NCBI RefSeq assembly: GCF_001194135.2
Contig: NC_068998.1
Location: 44,398,279-44,451,154 of the forward strand
Reading direction: 5' to 3'
From: Octopus bimaculoides
Taxonomy: Eukaryota
DNA length: 52,876 nt
Below the pieces are notes generated by a model, which saw only the letters and a list, made by a program, of their open reading frames with translations, had not been told where the DNA came from and did not search any database. Each line of letters starts with the position of its first letter. Positions within the stretch are counted from its first letter, which is position 1. The translations under genes and the position numbers were made by a program. Below are positions 26,905 through 39,180 of the stretch, piece by piece.

Positions 26905-27105
26905 CGTTTCTACTCTAAGCACAAGGCCTAAAATTGTTGGGGAGGGGGCCAGTCAATTAGATTGATCCCAGTATGTAACTGGTATTTAATTTATTGACTC
27001 TGAAAGGATGAAAGGCCAAGTTGACCTCAGTGAAATTTGAAATCAGAACATAAAGACATACAAAATACCACTAAGCATACTAACGTTTCTGCTAGCTCAC
27101 CACCT
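26905..27105 (-). mobile_element. SINE family C, full length, with 16-bp flanking direct repeat
   Basis: Flanked by tgtaatgatttctatt at 26889-26904 and 27106-27121; an older family C fragment follows to about 27190. Confidence 0.9.
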
Positions 27106-27483
27106 TGTAATGATTTCTATTAAAAGCACAAAGCCTCAAATTTGAGAAATGTGTACAATTAATTAGATGAACCCATTCATGCTCTGGTTATGTTAGCAAA
27201 GTTAAAAGTTCTCTGTGTTGCTTTCTCATCTCTTGGCCGACATTGGCTGTGTGTTTGGTATAGGACAACATTTTTCTAACAGAACCCCCNNNNNNNNNNN
27301 NNNNNNNNNNNNNNNNNNNNNNNNNNNNNNNNNNNNNNNNNNNNNNNNNNNNNNNNNNNNNNNNNNNNNNNNNNNNNNNNNNNNNNNNNNNNNNNNNNNN
27401 NNNNNNNNNNNNNNNNNNNNNNNNNNNNNNNNNNNNNNNNNNNNNNNNNNATATATATATATATATATATATATATATAGCTA

Positions 27484-27695
27484 TGTGTGTGTGTGTCTTT
27501 GTCCCCACCATCCACCACTTGACAACTGGTGTTGCTGTGTTTATGTTCCCATAACTTAATGGTTCATCAAAAGAGACCTATAGAATAAGCACCAGACTTA
27601 ATAAAAGAATAAGAACCAGGGTCAATTCAGTTAACTAAAATTCCTCAAGTCAGTGCCCCAGCATGGCCAGAGTCAAATAATTGAAACAAGTAAAA
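27484..27695 (+). mobile_element. SINE family D, 3' half
   Basis: (TG)n then tgtccccaccatccaccacttgacaactggtg...ccagcatggccagagtcaaataattgaaacaagtaaaa. Confidence 0.85.
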
Positions 27696-28225
27696 AAAAA
27701 AAATCAAAGAACAAAAAAATCTGAATAACTCCTACTTCATTAAAGACACACAATAACATCGAAACAATGTCATGTCTCCTTTGAATTTTGTCATGTTTTC
27801 AATTATTAAACAATTCTTGATGTGTCTTTACCCTCAGATCACCTTCTATGTTTGTACAAATCTGATTGTGCTAACAGTCACTGATATACTTTAGAATTTG
27901 TTGTCTGGAACCCTGATGACTTGTGTTAGTGCAAACAATTTAATTAAATTGAACCACAGAATAATTGGGAGGAAGTTAATTTAACAAAAGACATGCTAGG
28001 AATTTGAATGCTTGTCATCACAGGAGTTCTAAACTTTCCCGATAAATTACATGAATAAAACTTGTTTCAGTATCTATGAATATTTTGTTCAAGAGATTTA
28101 AAATGTTGCATAAATTGTAACTAATTATAAATTTTATTATCTTGGCAAAAAGAAAAAAAAATACAGCAATAACTGGAAAAACAAACAAATTTATTTATAA
28201 TCTATATTTTGATATTTTAATATGA

Positions 28226-28261
<36 letters not shown>

Positions 28262-28440
28262 ATTGTTGTTGTTGTTGCTATTGCTGTTGTTTTTTAAAAA
28301 AATCTAAAACTAATATTCAAATACTGATATTTTTTTTCCCCAGTTGCAGTTATTTAAGAACATTCAAGACAAAATTATTTTTTAATACAATTACAATAAA
28401 TTATTGTGAATTGCAAGTTTATCAATCACATAACAAAGTG

Positions 28441-28472
<32 letters not shown>

Positions 28473-29003
28473 TACATAAGAGAGGTGGTGTGGTATGCAA
28501 CTAGATTTAAAGTCATCGTGGGGAATAAAGAATTAAGCAAATCCAGCAGACTTAAACATGGATTTTTTTTAATGTTTTGTTATAATTTGCGACCCTCACG
28601 CCCAACAAAATCTCAACGTTTAGCTTTTAACTTGAAGTATTTAGTAATGGCAATACGAGTTTTATTGTGATTCTCTAATTACATTTTATTTCAGTTATAC
28701 TGATTTCTTTTTATTATATTTGTGGTTAGATTTAACGAACTCAAATGTTTTTTTTTAAACGATTTAGTTAAACACTTGAATATGCAGCACCCATCACTTT
28801 TATTGAGGCCTTTTGTTTGTAACTGTTTAACACATCCCGTCTATCCTGATGTAAATATCTATTTAGCAAGATAGTATTCTACTCATTCTGGGCACTCCTA
28901 CTCCTATTCAACATGTTCCTCCTGTCTTTGTTGCTTTCAAAACCTCAGGCTTTTCACAAATCACAATACTTATTCCTTTCTCCCTAGGACTTCTTCCCCC
29001 TAG

Positions 29004-29200
29004 AAAAGTTGTTCTCAACCATTTTTTTTTTTTGCTTATGGACCCCTTTGATTCATATTTTACCAAGGGTGGTGAGACTCTCATAGCCATTCGATGTCTA
29101 AAAACTCCTATCATATTTTTATGATTAAATATTATTAGGAATTGTATAAAAATGGTTAAAGCATTTTCCTTCAACTTGTCCATGTTTATATCAGAGCTGT
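29004..29200 (+). mobile_element. hAT-like MITE family, partial
   Basis: gttctcaaccatttt...atggacccctttgatt...catagcca is shared with 35129-35448. Confidence 0.55.
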
Positions 29201-29444
29201 TGTCATTTTAAAATGCACCACTTAGTGTTTCATTAAATGTATAAGATTGATAAAAGGAGTGACAAATTAAATGTAATGGGGTTAACGTGATTGAATAAAC
29301 TTGTCAAGGCAGTGCCCAAAATGACAAAATTTACTAAAACTAGCTACAGAACAGCAAGAAGAAACACACACAAGACCCACACAAACACACAAGACCACAC
29401 ACATACATTCTGCATATTCAGTTTTATTCCACTTGTTTGCTTCT

Positions 29445-29515
29445 GTAAAAGAACTCAGGAGGTTGAGCTTCCAACCAGGACTCTTGCAACACCCTTAAAG
29501 CCAGGAACTATTTGC
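29445..29515 (+). mobile_element. Mariner-like MITE right-end fragment
   Basis: aaaagaactc...cttccaacc...acacccttaaagccaggaact resembles the right end of 30521-30734. Confidence 0.5.
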
Positions 29516-29647
29516 TGTTCTTTGGCCACAGATAAACCCTGATCCAGTAAATTTATGATCAACTAGATTTGCAGCAGTGATAACATCATTTTGCTATTTT
29601 GTTTTGTTTTGTTTCACTTTGTTTTTTCAAATATAGTGTTTCACTTT

Positions 29648-30029
29648 TGGAGGCGCAATGGCCCAGTGGTTAGGGCAGCGGACTCATGGTCCTAGGATCG
29701 CGGTTTCGATTCCCAGACCACACGTGGTGAGTGTTTATTGAGCGAAAACACCTAAAGCTCCAGCAGGGGATGGTGGCGAACCTTGCTGTACTCTTTCACC
29801 ACAACTTTCTCTCACTCTTTCTTCCTGTTTCTGTTGTACGTGTATTTCAAAGAGCCAGCCTTGTTACACTCTGTGTCATGCTGAATCTCCCCGAGAACTA
29901 CGTTAAGGGTACACATGTCTGTGGAGAGCTCATCCACTTACACGTTAATTTCATGAGCAGGATGTTCCGTTGATCAGATCAACTGGAACCCTCGTCGTCA
30001 TAACCGATGGAGTGCCAGTCAGTCAGTCA
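29648..30029 (+). mobile_element. SINE family A, full length, (CAGT)n tail
   Basis: ggaggcgcaatggcccagtggttagggcagcggactc...ggtttcgattccc head with A and B boxes; same 3' end as the other copies. Confidence 0.92.
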
Positions 30030-30520
30030 TTTAAATAGATAATGGAAGTTCCCAAGATGTGTGTATGCCACGTGTGTACATGTGTGTGCAAGTGCTTGCA
30101 CCTCCTAACAGAGATGAGGGAAAAAAACAGTAGGTTATGATTTGATTATGACTTAGTTGCTATTACTAACATATTGACCAGCCACCTAGAGGTTCATTTG
30201 TTCGCTTAACTGTCTTTATTTGCAAATGTGAATTAGAAGTTGAACTTGATTGTTAGCCAAGTAAACTTGTCAAGCAGAGTTGAAAGCTTTGCTTGAAGCA
30301 TAACACACTTATTCTTGTAGTAAAAGTTTTGAATGAATAACTCTGTTACAGTAATTCACTCTTTACCCTCACAGCTACTTCACCTTATTTGCTTTATCCC
30401 TTTGTTGTATTACAAATGCTTAATACATGGAACAGCTTCTATTTATTAGGGATTTCTGTGTAATATATATCAATTCTATAACTATGTTCTATGTTCTGAC
30501 AGAATGATTCTATAACAATT

Positions 30521-30734
30521 CGAGTGAGTGCTGAAAAGTTCCTGGCTTTGGGTAAAAGAAAATACAGGATCTGTTGATTATGATTTTATTCAACATATTC
30601 CCCTCTCAGAACCACACATTTATTGCAGCAGACCATCAGTTTTTTCTAAGCCCTCTAAAAGAACTCATAACACTGGACCTCCAACAAGGCCTTTTGTTAT
30701 ACCCTTAAACCAGGGAACAGATCAGCACCCCTCA
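30521..30734 (+). mobile_element. Mariner-like MITE, copy 1
   Basis: Ends cgagtgagtgctgaaaagttcctggct and ccagggaacagatcagcacccctca are imperfect inverted repeats; no coding capacity. Confidence 0.8.
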
Positions 30735-30784
30735 TGTGGGAGTGTATATATACATATATATAGATATAGATACACACACACACA

Positions 30785-31009
30785 CGAGGGAATGCTGAAA
30801 AGTTTATGGCTTTGGATAAAAGAAAATACAGAAGAATCGGTTAATAATGATTTTATTCAACATATTCCCCTCTCAGATTCACACACTTCTTGCAGGAGTC
30901 CTTCAGTTTTTCTAAGCTCTCTAGAAGAATTTGGAAGATTGGGTCTCCAACTTAGCCTTCCATGATACCCTTAAAACCAGGAACTTAGTCAGATAAATCA
31001 ACCCCTGTA
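30785..31009 (+). mobile_element. Mariner-like MITE, copy 2 (tandem with copy 1)
   Basis: cgagggaatgctgaaaagtttatggct; internal aaaagaaaataca...ttattcaacatattcccc is shared with copy 1. Confidence 0.8.
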
Positions 31010-31019
31010 CCTTTTTTTA

Positions 31020-31310
31020 AGCTCTTGTGCTTATTTTATTGGTCTCTTTTGCCAGACCTCTAAATTACAGAGCAAGTTAACACTATAACAATGGTTGTTA
31101 CATAGTGTGGTGAACAAACACACACACACACACACACATGATGGGCTTCTTTCAGTTTCATCTACTGAATCCACTCACATGGCTTTAGTTGACCTAAGGT
31201 TATCGTAGAAGACACTTACCCAGCGTGCCATGTAGTGGGACTGAACCTGGATCCAAGTGATTGGGAAGAAAACTTCTTGTTCTTGTCACACAACCACACA
31301 TGCACCTATT
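31020..31310 (-). mobile_element. SINE family D, degenerate
   Basis: (CA)n then atgggcttctttcagtttc...gaagacacttacccagcgtgccatgtagtgggactgaacc. Confidence 0.8.
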
Positions 31311-32018
31311 TTATTTTAATTTAATTTTCTATGAAATATCAGTTTTACACCAGTTGCTCCAAGTTCTCTCTTTAAACTATTGGCCATTCTCTGTGATGAC
31401 ATATTTCATTTTATATCCAAATGTGAAAGTAAATGTATTTGACATTCACACCTAGATTTAACCAATAGCACATATAATTTAATATTTATATGATATTGAT
31501 GTGAAGGAAATATTATGAATATCTACTGATATACGTGTATAAAACAAATTGTTTTATTAAATAGATAGCATAATACTTGTTGTATGATTGCCTTCTTCAT
31601 TATAAACACTTTCCTTTTGTACATATCTAAAATGTCATGTAATTTTCAATATAGTATTTAATTGATAGTATCACAACGACAAAATTGTTTACATCATAGA
31701 GTATGTGTTTTTGATTTCTTTTTCTTTTTTTGTCTATCAATTGATACAAAACAATATCCTAGCTTCCACTATATGAAGATAATGATCACTTGTCATGAAA
31801 ACAGGAAATTCAAATATCTTTGCAATCATGAGAATTTCCGTAGACTAGCAGGCTGTAGAGTATGAAAATAGAAAATTTTGACATGTCAGTCATTAGTTCT
31901 GCTAGGTGTAGGACACATGTGAAGGGAACATTCTAACAGATTTCCTTTCAATAAAAATCTATGTCTGAGCTTAGGAAAACTAAATTATTAGTTTGAATAA
32001 ATCAATTAGCAATTTGAA

Positions 32019-32193
32019 ATAATGGTTTCAAATTTTGGCACAAGGCTGGTGTTTCACTGGTACTTACTTTATTGACTCTAAACAGATGAAAGGCAAAGTC
32101 AACCTTGGCAGAATCTGAACACAAAACATAAAGATGGACGAAATGCCACTAAGTATTTTGCCCAGTGTGTTAACAATTCTACTAGCTCACCTT
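32019..32193 (-). mobile_element. SINE family C
   Basis: gatgaaaggcaaagtcaaccttggcagaatctgaac...ctagctcacc. Confidence 0.85.
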
Positions 32194-32226
32194 GAAATAA
32201 TGTTAAATAAATAGGAAATCGATTAA

Positions 32227-32459
32227 CCCATATATGCCCATAAAAAAATGAAGTCTTAAAATTTTATTGTATTTAGATTAAACGTTATGGTAAATTTTCA
32301 CAATCTGGAAGAGAAGAACAGTATGCACCTGTTAGCGACAGGTGTCGACGACCTACAGAACATTTTTTATGGTTAGTCAGATGCTTCTTGGCGAGTTCAT
32401 GTCCAAACGAGTAGGAGCAGGTTTTACCTTGCAGAAACGCAGCCAGGGGTATATATGGG
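32227..32459. mobile_element. piggyBac-like MITE
   Basis: TTAA on both sides (32223-32226, 32460-32463); termini cccatatatgccca and ggggtatatatggg (12/14 inverted match). Confidence 0.85.
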
Positions 32460-33023
32460 TTAAGATTATGTTGGTTATAACATCCCTACATACACATACA
32501 TAAATGAGAGAAATTTGTGTTTAAATTGATATTTCTTTAACATCAGTAGAAATCCAATAAAATGATATTGATAACTATGGTTAGCACTCCACTGGCACGG
32601 GTGCCAGTCATCGAATTTGGTTCAATTTCGATTGTACTTGCCCCAACAGGTATTTGCAAGCAGAGTTTAGTGTCCAATGAAGGAAGGTTGAACAATGTCA
32701 AACCATACTATCCAATATCCCCTTCAATTTTTAAGGCCTTGAGATGTGATCTGAGGAAGATTTGGCTGCTATTTCTGGCCTGCTGAGCAGCTATGCAGAG
32801 GTTCTGTCGTCAGTGTTGGCATCATCCAATATCTTTTATTCAAGCAAAGTTGCAAATTTTCAGGTGAGAGAGAGAGAGAGAGCTTGTGGATTTAATTGAA
32901 TCTCTACTTATTGTTCTGATGCTCAGCCCCCACTATTTCTGATAACAAAATCGATGCTTTGGAAGAGGTATTTAAAATAAAAACAGAGAGAAAGATTGAT
33001 CAAAATTTGATGATTAACCTTAC

Positions 33024-33049
33024 CTGATGTAGTTCCGTCACATTATTGA
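33024..33049 (-). CDS. Candidate 26-nt exon (phase 1-0), product unknown
   Basis: Minus strand ttatattcattag|TCAATAATGTGACGGAACTACATCAG|gtaagg; open frame NNVTELHQ. Confidence 0.2.
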
Positions 33050-33606
33050 CTAATGAATATAATAATAAATGAATATATTTACACACATTGTCAACATATT
33101 GATGTTGGTTGGCTTCTATTGAAAACTTTATAGCCAAGAGTTAAAAGAAAAGCTTTGCTACCAAACAAAAAAAATAGAGGAATAATGGGAAGATCATAGT
33201 TTTCTCCACTAAAATGTTGACAAAAACGTAGTCTATAGTTTTTGCAACACACACTTGCACACACATATATATAGATAGATACACACTTGCAGATATACAG
33301 CCACACATTTGCATGCACATTTACAAGAATAATACAGATAGACATATAACACATATTCATATACACGAGCACGCTAACAGTCACATATCCATGTGCGTGT
33401 GCATGCACACACACATGTACACACTCACACACACAAACTATATGAAGAAAGGAAATGAATGTGTAATGCTGGGAGCAATGGGCAGATAATGAAAATGTTT
33501 ACACATGTTAAATTCTAATGAAAGTTTCTTTTACTCAGCTAGATTGAGTACATGTTTTTTCTTTTATATGGATTATTATACATGTGCCTGTGTAAGTGCA
33601 AGAAAG

Positions 33607-33610
<4 letters not shown>

Positions 33611-33679
<69 letters not shown>

Positions 33680-33835
33680 TATACATACAGAGGGAGAGAG
33701 AGAGAGAGACACACACACATATACCTATATATATGTGTGTATATATGCATATATATAATGACATACACATACTCATAGATTCCACATGCATGCACACACA
33801 AACACACACACAAACACACACACACACACACACAT
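33611..33835. repeat. (TA)n/(GA)n/(CA)n microsatellite cluster
   Basis: Directly visible. Confidence 0.95.
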
Positions 33836-33843
33836 AAATATAT

Positions 33844-34403
33844 AGGAAATAGTGGCAAAACAAGGTACCGATGTTTGCTGGAAATAGCAGTTGATAACTG
33901 TACAACACTATNNNNNNNNNNGCTGGAAATAACAGTTGATAACCGTACGACACTATTGTAATACTTCACTGAATGTATAGAGGCAAAGATGTGTGCAATC
34001 GACAGATATAAAAAATTTTTCATCTTACATCTAGAGAAATACCAGAGAAAAATGGATAACCTAGTTCTCGAGTTTCAAACTTTCCAGAATATGTTTGTCA
34101 TTGTAAATCTAGTTAGTCTTCATCAGCTAGGTTCACCGAAGATGAAATTTAAAATATCCGCTACATCAATGCCTATACACTCAGCTTATAGTCCAAGCCA
34201 CAAACAGAACTGAGAACAATGAAAATTTTATATGAAAAAACTTGTAAGTACTATTACAATACTATTGTATTGTTTTCCATAAAGGTTGATTCCATAAATA
34301 GGAAATGGTGGCACAAGAAGGTACCAATGCTTGCTGGAAATGGCAGTTGATAACCGTACGATGCTTTTGTAAAGCAAACATTGGTACCTTCTGCCACTAT
34401 TTT
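33844..34403. mobile_element. Putative non-autonomous DNA transposon with ~30-bp TIRs and ~35-bp subterminal repeats
   Basis: aaatagtggcaaaacaaggtaccgatgtttgc (from 33847) is inverted relative to gcaaacattggtaccttctgccactattt (from 34374); the gctggaaat...gttgataac.gtac unit occurs three times. Confidence 0.6.
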
Positions 34404-34489
34404 GTATTTATAATTCTATGTGTATGGATTTAAGCAAAATTTTTAAAGTTACTTCAGTCAACACATGCACTCATACACACACATACACT

Positions 34490-34523
<34 letters not shown>

Positions 34524-34544
34524 AAATATTAATAATATCTTTTC

Positions 34545-34800
34545 TGGCTAGAATCCTGTCTTTCTCTAAGATGATGAGGGCTTTCCTAACCTTATCTTTC
34601 TGCGTGACATTCCTGATCTGCTTCAGATATCTCAACAGAAATGCATGCAATTTTTTACCTGTTTACAGTACATTAAACAAGCCCCCCAGCTGTATCATAG
34701 AGTAGATGATATTATAGCTCTGATAGTCTTTGCACTTGAGCCCATTTGGAATAATTTTGCAATGTAGATTTCTTTCCTCATTTTTCTTATTCATGCTAAA
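34545..34800 (-). mobile_element. Decayed RTE-clade LINE ORF2 fragment
   Basis: The minus strand gives RAIISSTL*YSWGACLMYCKQV and, frameshifted, KKLHAFLLRYLKQIRNVTQKDKVRK, matching the RTE post-RT pattern of TLLYG.E.W followed by L.AF..RCLRRIL...W.DKV. Confidence 0.6.
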
Positions 34801-35128
34801 TAAAACTAATGGCTGGTTGGAACAAAGCTATAATGATGCCTGCTATTAACACATCCTTGTGGTCTTTGTTTTGTTGACTTTCAAAATCTTGATTATTTTC
34901 CAGACTTGGAAATTTCTTTTCAGCCTCTCTTGTAGATTTCGCAAAGAGAATCATATCATAAGTATATTTAAAATTCTTAAGGACTTTTATTCATAGACTT
35001 CGTTATTATAACTTTAATAAACAGCAGGTGACTGGGAGCTGAGATACAGCTAAGACCTAGCAGCACTAAATTCTTCACTCTACACACTCTCAATATTGCT
35101 TTAAAGCATTGCTCTGTCGTTGAGAATA

Positions 35129-35448
35129 CAGTGATTCTCAACTATTTTGTAGCTATGGATTCCTTTGATTACCGTTTTATTTTGGTGAACGTCCATAGCC
35201 ATTAAACATTTAAAAACAAGTTTTATAGATACTTCTCTCAGAATTCCTATTTTGTTTGTCACACATTAACTTGTGTAGGTTTGAATTATGTAAAACATTT
35301 GAGAAAGAAACCTAGCTGTTTCCTTCAATAAATCCATCTTAAGCAAGATTTATTCATAGACTCTTAAAATTCTCCTGTGAATCCCTAATTCCCTATTTTG
35401 CTTTTGTGGACCCTCATGTGTCATATGGACTCTCGTTGAGAACCGCTG
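35129..35448. mobile_element. hAT/Charlie-like MITE
   Basis: TIRs cagtgattctcaac and gttgagaaccgctg (12/14); no clean 8-bp TSD; relatives at 29004 and 43408. Confidence 0.7.
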
Positions 35449-35671
35449 CAATAGCTTTCTCTTCCTTTTTGCACCTAGTTTCTCTCGTCTTCTATTTCTC
35501 TTGCTGAAAATACGACCTCATTGAATTAATATGATAAAATAATTACATTCATACAAGAAAGAGAGAGAGAGAGCGGTAGAGAGGGAGGGAGAGAAAGAAA
35601 GAGAAAGTTACTGAGAATCTGATAGTTTAGTTGAATAGTATTTCTTTGTTTATTTTTCATTTTCTAAACAG

Positions 35672-35785
35672 TATCATAATTGGATTGTTTTCATTGAAAC
35701 ATTGTATTCACTGTTGTATGTTCTTCCTACGTCTGCTGTCATCAATAAAGAAGAATTGGAGACATCAGTAATCAGACCTACTGAG
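35672..35785 (+). CDS. Candidate internal exon (phase 0-0), product unknown
   Basis: ttttcattttctaaacag| 114 nt |gtgagc; the only open frame reads YHNWIVFIETLYSLLYVLPTSAVINKEELETSVIRPTE. Confidence 0.45.
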
Positions 35786-36857
35786 GTGAGCAAGGATTGT
35801 TCATACGACCATATGCACAATAAGACAGTTGTACTAAGTCTTGAACTCAGACAAAGTGGTTAGCTAACTATCACCTAAATATCTTAGCTATTCTTCTTCC
35901 ATGTTTTCGTTTAATAGCAGTTTGGCTTTATTAGAATTTTTTTTTTTTTTTCTAACGCTGCCTGCTAAGTCTGTTCAGTGTAGTGACTTAAAGCTTATAT
36001 TGTCTTCTCTTCAGTATTTCTTTGACAATTTAATACTCTTCTCTCTTGCCTCTTTGTTCAAGTCTAAGGTATGTGTTTGCATAATGTAATGCAATAAACA
36101 AACAGTTACAATGATAAAAAGACAACATTTAATATTCTAGCATCTTCGCAATATTATTACTTCACCAAAGCATCTTACTTAAATGAGTCAATTCAAGATT
36201 TTATATGAAAATTGAATTTTCTTTTCATATTCAATTAAATCTAAGAGGAATATAGCATGTAATCTCTTAAGCCATATTGCATCATTTGGTAGAATTTGGC
36301 CTTTTAATACAATTTCAATAGGAATCAACAAACTGTACAGAATAATTCTTTAAAATTTGTATGTAAGTGTGTGCATATATGTGTGTGTGTGTGTGTGTGT
36401 ATTTCCTTATGTTTTTGTTCATATAGGATGGAGCTGCTCTATAACCAACTTTCAACAGATTTTTGTCTCACCATACTTAAGTATTACAGTCACAGCAATT
36501 TAATTACTTGTCAGCTTGTTATATCTGTTTCAGGTCGAGGATTGTAATGTAATTTTTTTTTTCCCCACCATGCACACTTCAAGGACAAGAAAAGACTTGA
36601 ATAAAAAGTGTCGTCAATATGTGATAAGAGTTTTTCTTGAGGCTACAATGTTTTTTTATTGATCAGGCCTAACTCATTAAGATCATTTCATATCCATGTA
36701 CAACTGTCAGCAATTCATTTGCTTTATCGCTTTTGTTTTTACCTAATTTGTAGAGACACAAAAACAATGTAGGAATTTAAAATACTGATTTTTGTTTATC
36801 GTGGTCAAGAGTTCAAATCTCATTATAGAATGCTTAATTATATCAGACCAATGATTG

Positions 36858-36933
36858 ATGGAGGCCATGGAAAACAGTGAAAGTGCTTCTCTCTCTGGCA
36901 GATTACCCACAGCAAATTTGTCTAAAAACCTAT
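36858..36933 (+). CDS. Candidate first coding exon segment
   Basis: ATG at 36858 and 36867 (gaggccATGG context), in-frame stop just upstream, MEAMENSESASLSGRLPTANLSKNL, donor gtaaga; possible acceptor at 36846. Confidence 0.35.
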
Positions 36934-37541
36934 GTAAGATGCCTGGGTTGTTGAACCATTTTTAGTGTCAGAAGAACACATGAATTACCTCTTCAACAAA
37001 TGCATGTTAAGTGTGTGAGTGTGTGTGTGTGCATGCGTGTGTGTGTGCATGCATGCGTGTGTGTGTGTGTGTGCATGTGTGTGTGTTTGTGTACCCTACT
37101 ACCATTTATTATTTCAACCAAGTTGATACGTTCATGGGAAATCAAATCTACATATTGTTAGCACTGGACATTGACTATATTTTTTAGAATTTTCAATATA
37201 CTTTATGAGACATTAGTTAGATGTGTGTTATACATGAAAGTCAAGAATCCAGAGTAACTTCTGAAGCTTCAGTTTTATAAAATCTACAAATTTTATACAA
37301 CATAGGGAGTAATGATACCTTTTTTGTAAAATTGATTCCCACAACTGCCTACTATCTTTGTAGTGATAAAGATAACTGTATCTTATTTGAAACTGTCACT
37401 TCTAGCTGCCTCTGACAAGCAGTCACACCATCATAGTTTCAGTTCAAGCCAGAGTTTTAGTAGAAAACCTAACTGAGCACTCATAGAACATACCTATTTA
37501 TAGCAGTTGACAAACACTCCTTATATATTTTTATTTGAAAG

Positions 37542-37611
37542 TGAAGCTTCTTAAATCCAATCTTCAAGTTGCCTGTTATTTGAGTGGGGACATAACGATA
37601 CAGAAGCCAAG
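37542..37611 (+). CDS. Candidate internal exon (phase 1-2)
   Basis: tttttatttgaaag| 70 nt |gtattc; LKLLKSNLQVACYLSGDITIQKP; the acceptor is weak. Confidence 0.25.
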
Positions 37612-38348
37612 GTATTCATAAGTACATTGAAATTGGATAACTCACCAGTACCTAAAGATTTTATTATATGCTTCCAAAATAGAAAGAATTACAAAATGCA
37701 TAACACAGTCATCTATTCAATTGTGATGAACTGCACACATATTTTTTAGTCATGCATAAAATCATGTAACATAGCCTTCAGGATTCATTGTATAAAACAC
37801 ACAAGCTAAGGAGGCAAGCTATTCTTCAGGAAATTTTAGTGTTAATCCTTTATGATAGAAATAGCTATTTTAGTCAGCTGATATTTGGAAATAATTCAAT
37901 GTATATCAATCTAAGTGTCTACCAGAATTCACCAATTTTGATATTTTGTTCACAATTGCCAAAAGCTATGGTTGAAAATTTTATTTCTCTGAGACAAAGT
38001 CAAGGTTATAATTGTTAAAATTACCATCCTTTAAATTCCAGTTATATTTTGAGAGTGAAATGGTGAGGTGTATCTCCATGTGTCTGGTTGTGTACATATG
38101 CTGCATGTATTCTTTTACTAATAAGAATTCTGGGAAGCCCTACATTACTTTGTTTCATTATAACTGCAAAGGAGATTTTAACTCAGTAACCTAATGCTTC
38201 AGAAAGACACACAGCAGTTAAAATGACCAATATTAGAGATGTTGACATTACATGGAATAGAAGTGTTTTGCATATTTGTACTTGAAAGGTTTCTTCTGTT
38301 TATCTTGTCTATGGAAGCAGTGAAGGTTTTTGTGCAGGTTTAGCTCAC

Positions 38349-38389
38349 CTGAAGATTATTTTCGCTAAATGGCTTAGGATAGCTATGTT
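38349..38389 (-). CDS. Candidate 41-nt exon, product unknown
   Basis: Minus strand tatttttctttag|AACATAGC...ATCTTCAG|gtgagc; two open frames (HSYPKPFSENNLQ or NIAILSHLAKIIF). Confidence 0.3.
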
Positions 38390-38929
38390 CTAAAGAAAAA
38401 TACTCAGAGAATAATAGTTTAACTTTTATCAGTGATTCAGTGAAACAGATTAGAAACATCTTTGTAAATTTATGTATTTCAATGTAGTAGAGTTCTATCT
38501 AACCAAGCAAATCTCATTTCTCATTCCTTAAATAATAGAGAGAAAAATAAGTATAACCACAATATGTACTTTACTCAATAAGCTTAAAAATGTGTTTACT
38601 AAAAACACAGCAGTAAGGTTACCTTATATTTTTATTTTCCTCAAAACATATTCTGTAGTGTTTTATTAATTAATACACATTACCAACACTGTTATCCAAT
38701 TTAAGGTGGATTAATTTATTACTAACAATTTCTTATAATGCAAAGTAATTCTAAGTTACTATTCTCTCTGTGATTATAAGAATTAGCAACCCAACTTTGG
38801 TGATAGATACTGAAACTAGTCAAGCTGATCTCCTTTGTTCTAATCGCAGAAAAGAAGATTGGTCCAGTTGTCCCCAGATCTTGTGGTTTAACTATAGTAT
38901 GTACTTTCCACAGCAGAACTAAAAACATG

Positions 38930-39115
38930 TCCTTTATTCTTTTATTTGTTTCAGTCATTTGATGGCAGTCAAACAAATTGACCCCAGGACTTATACTTTG
39001 TAAGCCTAGTACTTATCCTATCGGTCTCTTTTGCTGAACAGCTATGTTACAGGGATGTAAACACACCAGCATTGGTTGTCAAGTGATAGTGGGGAGATAA
39101 ACACAGACACAGAGA

Positions 39116-39180
<65 letters not shown>

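Noticed and set aside
29648-29720. tRNA genes suggested by A-box and B-box heads of families A, B, C and D
   Set aside because: Each head continues into a repeated SINE body and shows no complete cloverleaf that I can support; these are tRNA-derived SINE heads.
33877-33956. Tandem 35-bp duplication as a pure assembly artefact across the 10-N gap
   Set aside because: The two copies differ at several bases and a third copy occurs near 34333, so they look like real subterminal repeats.
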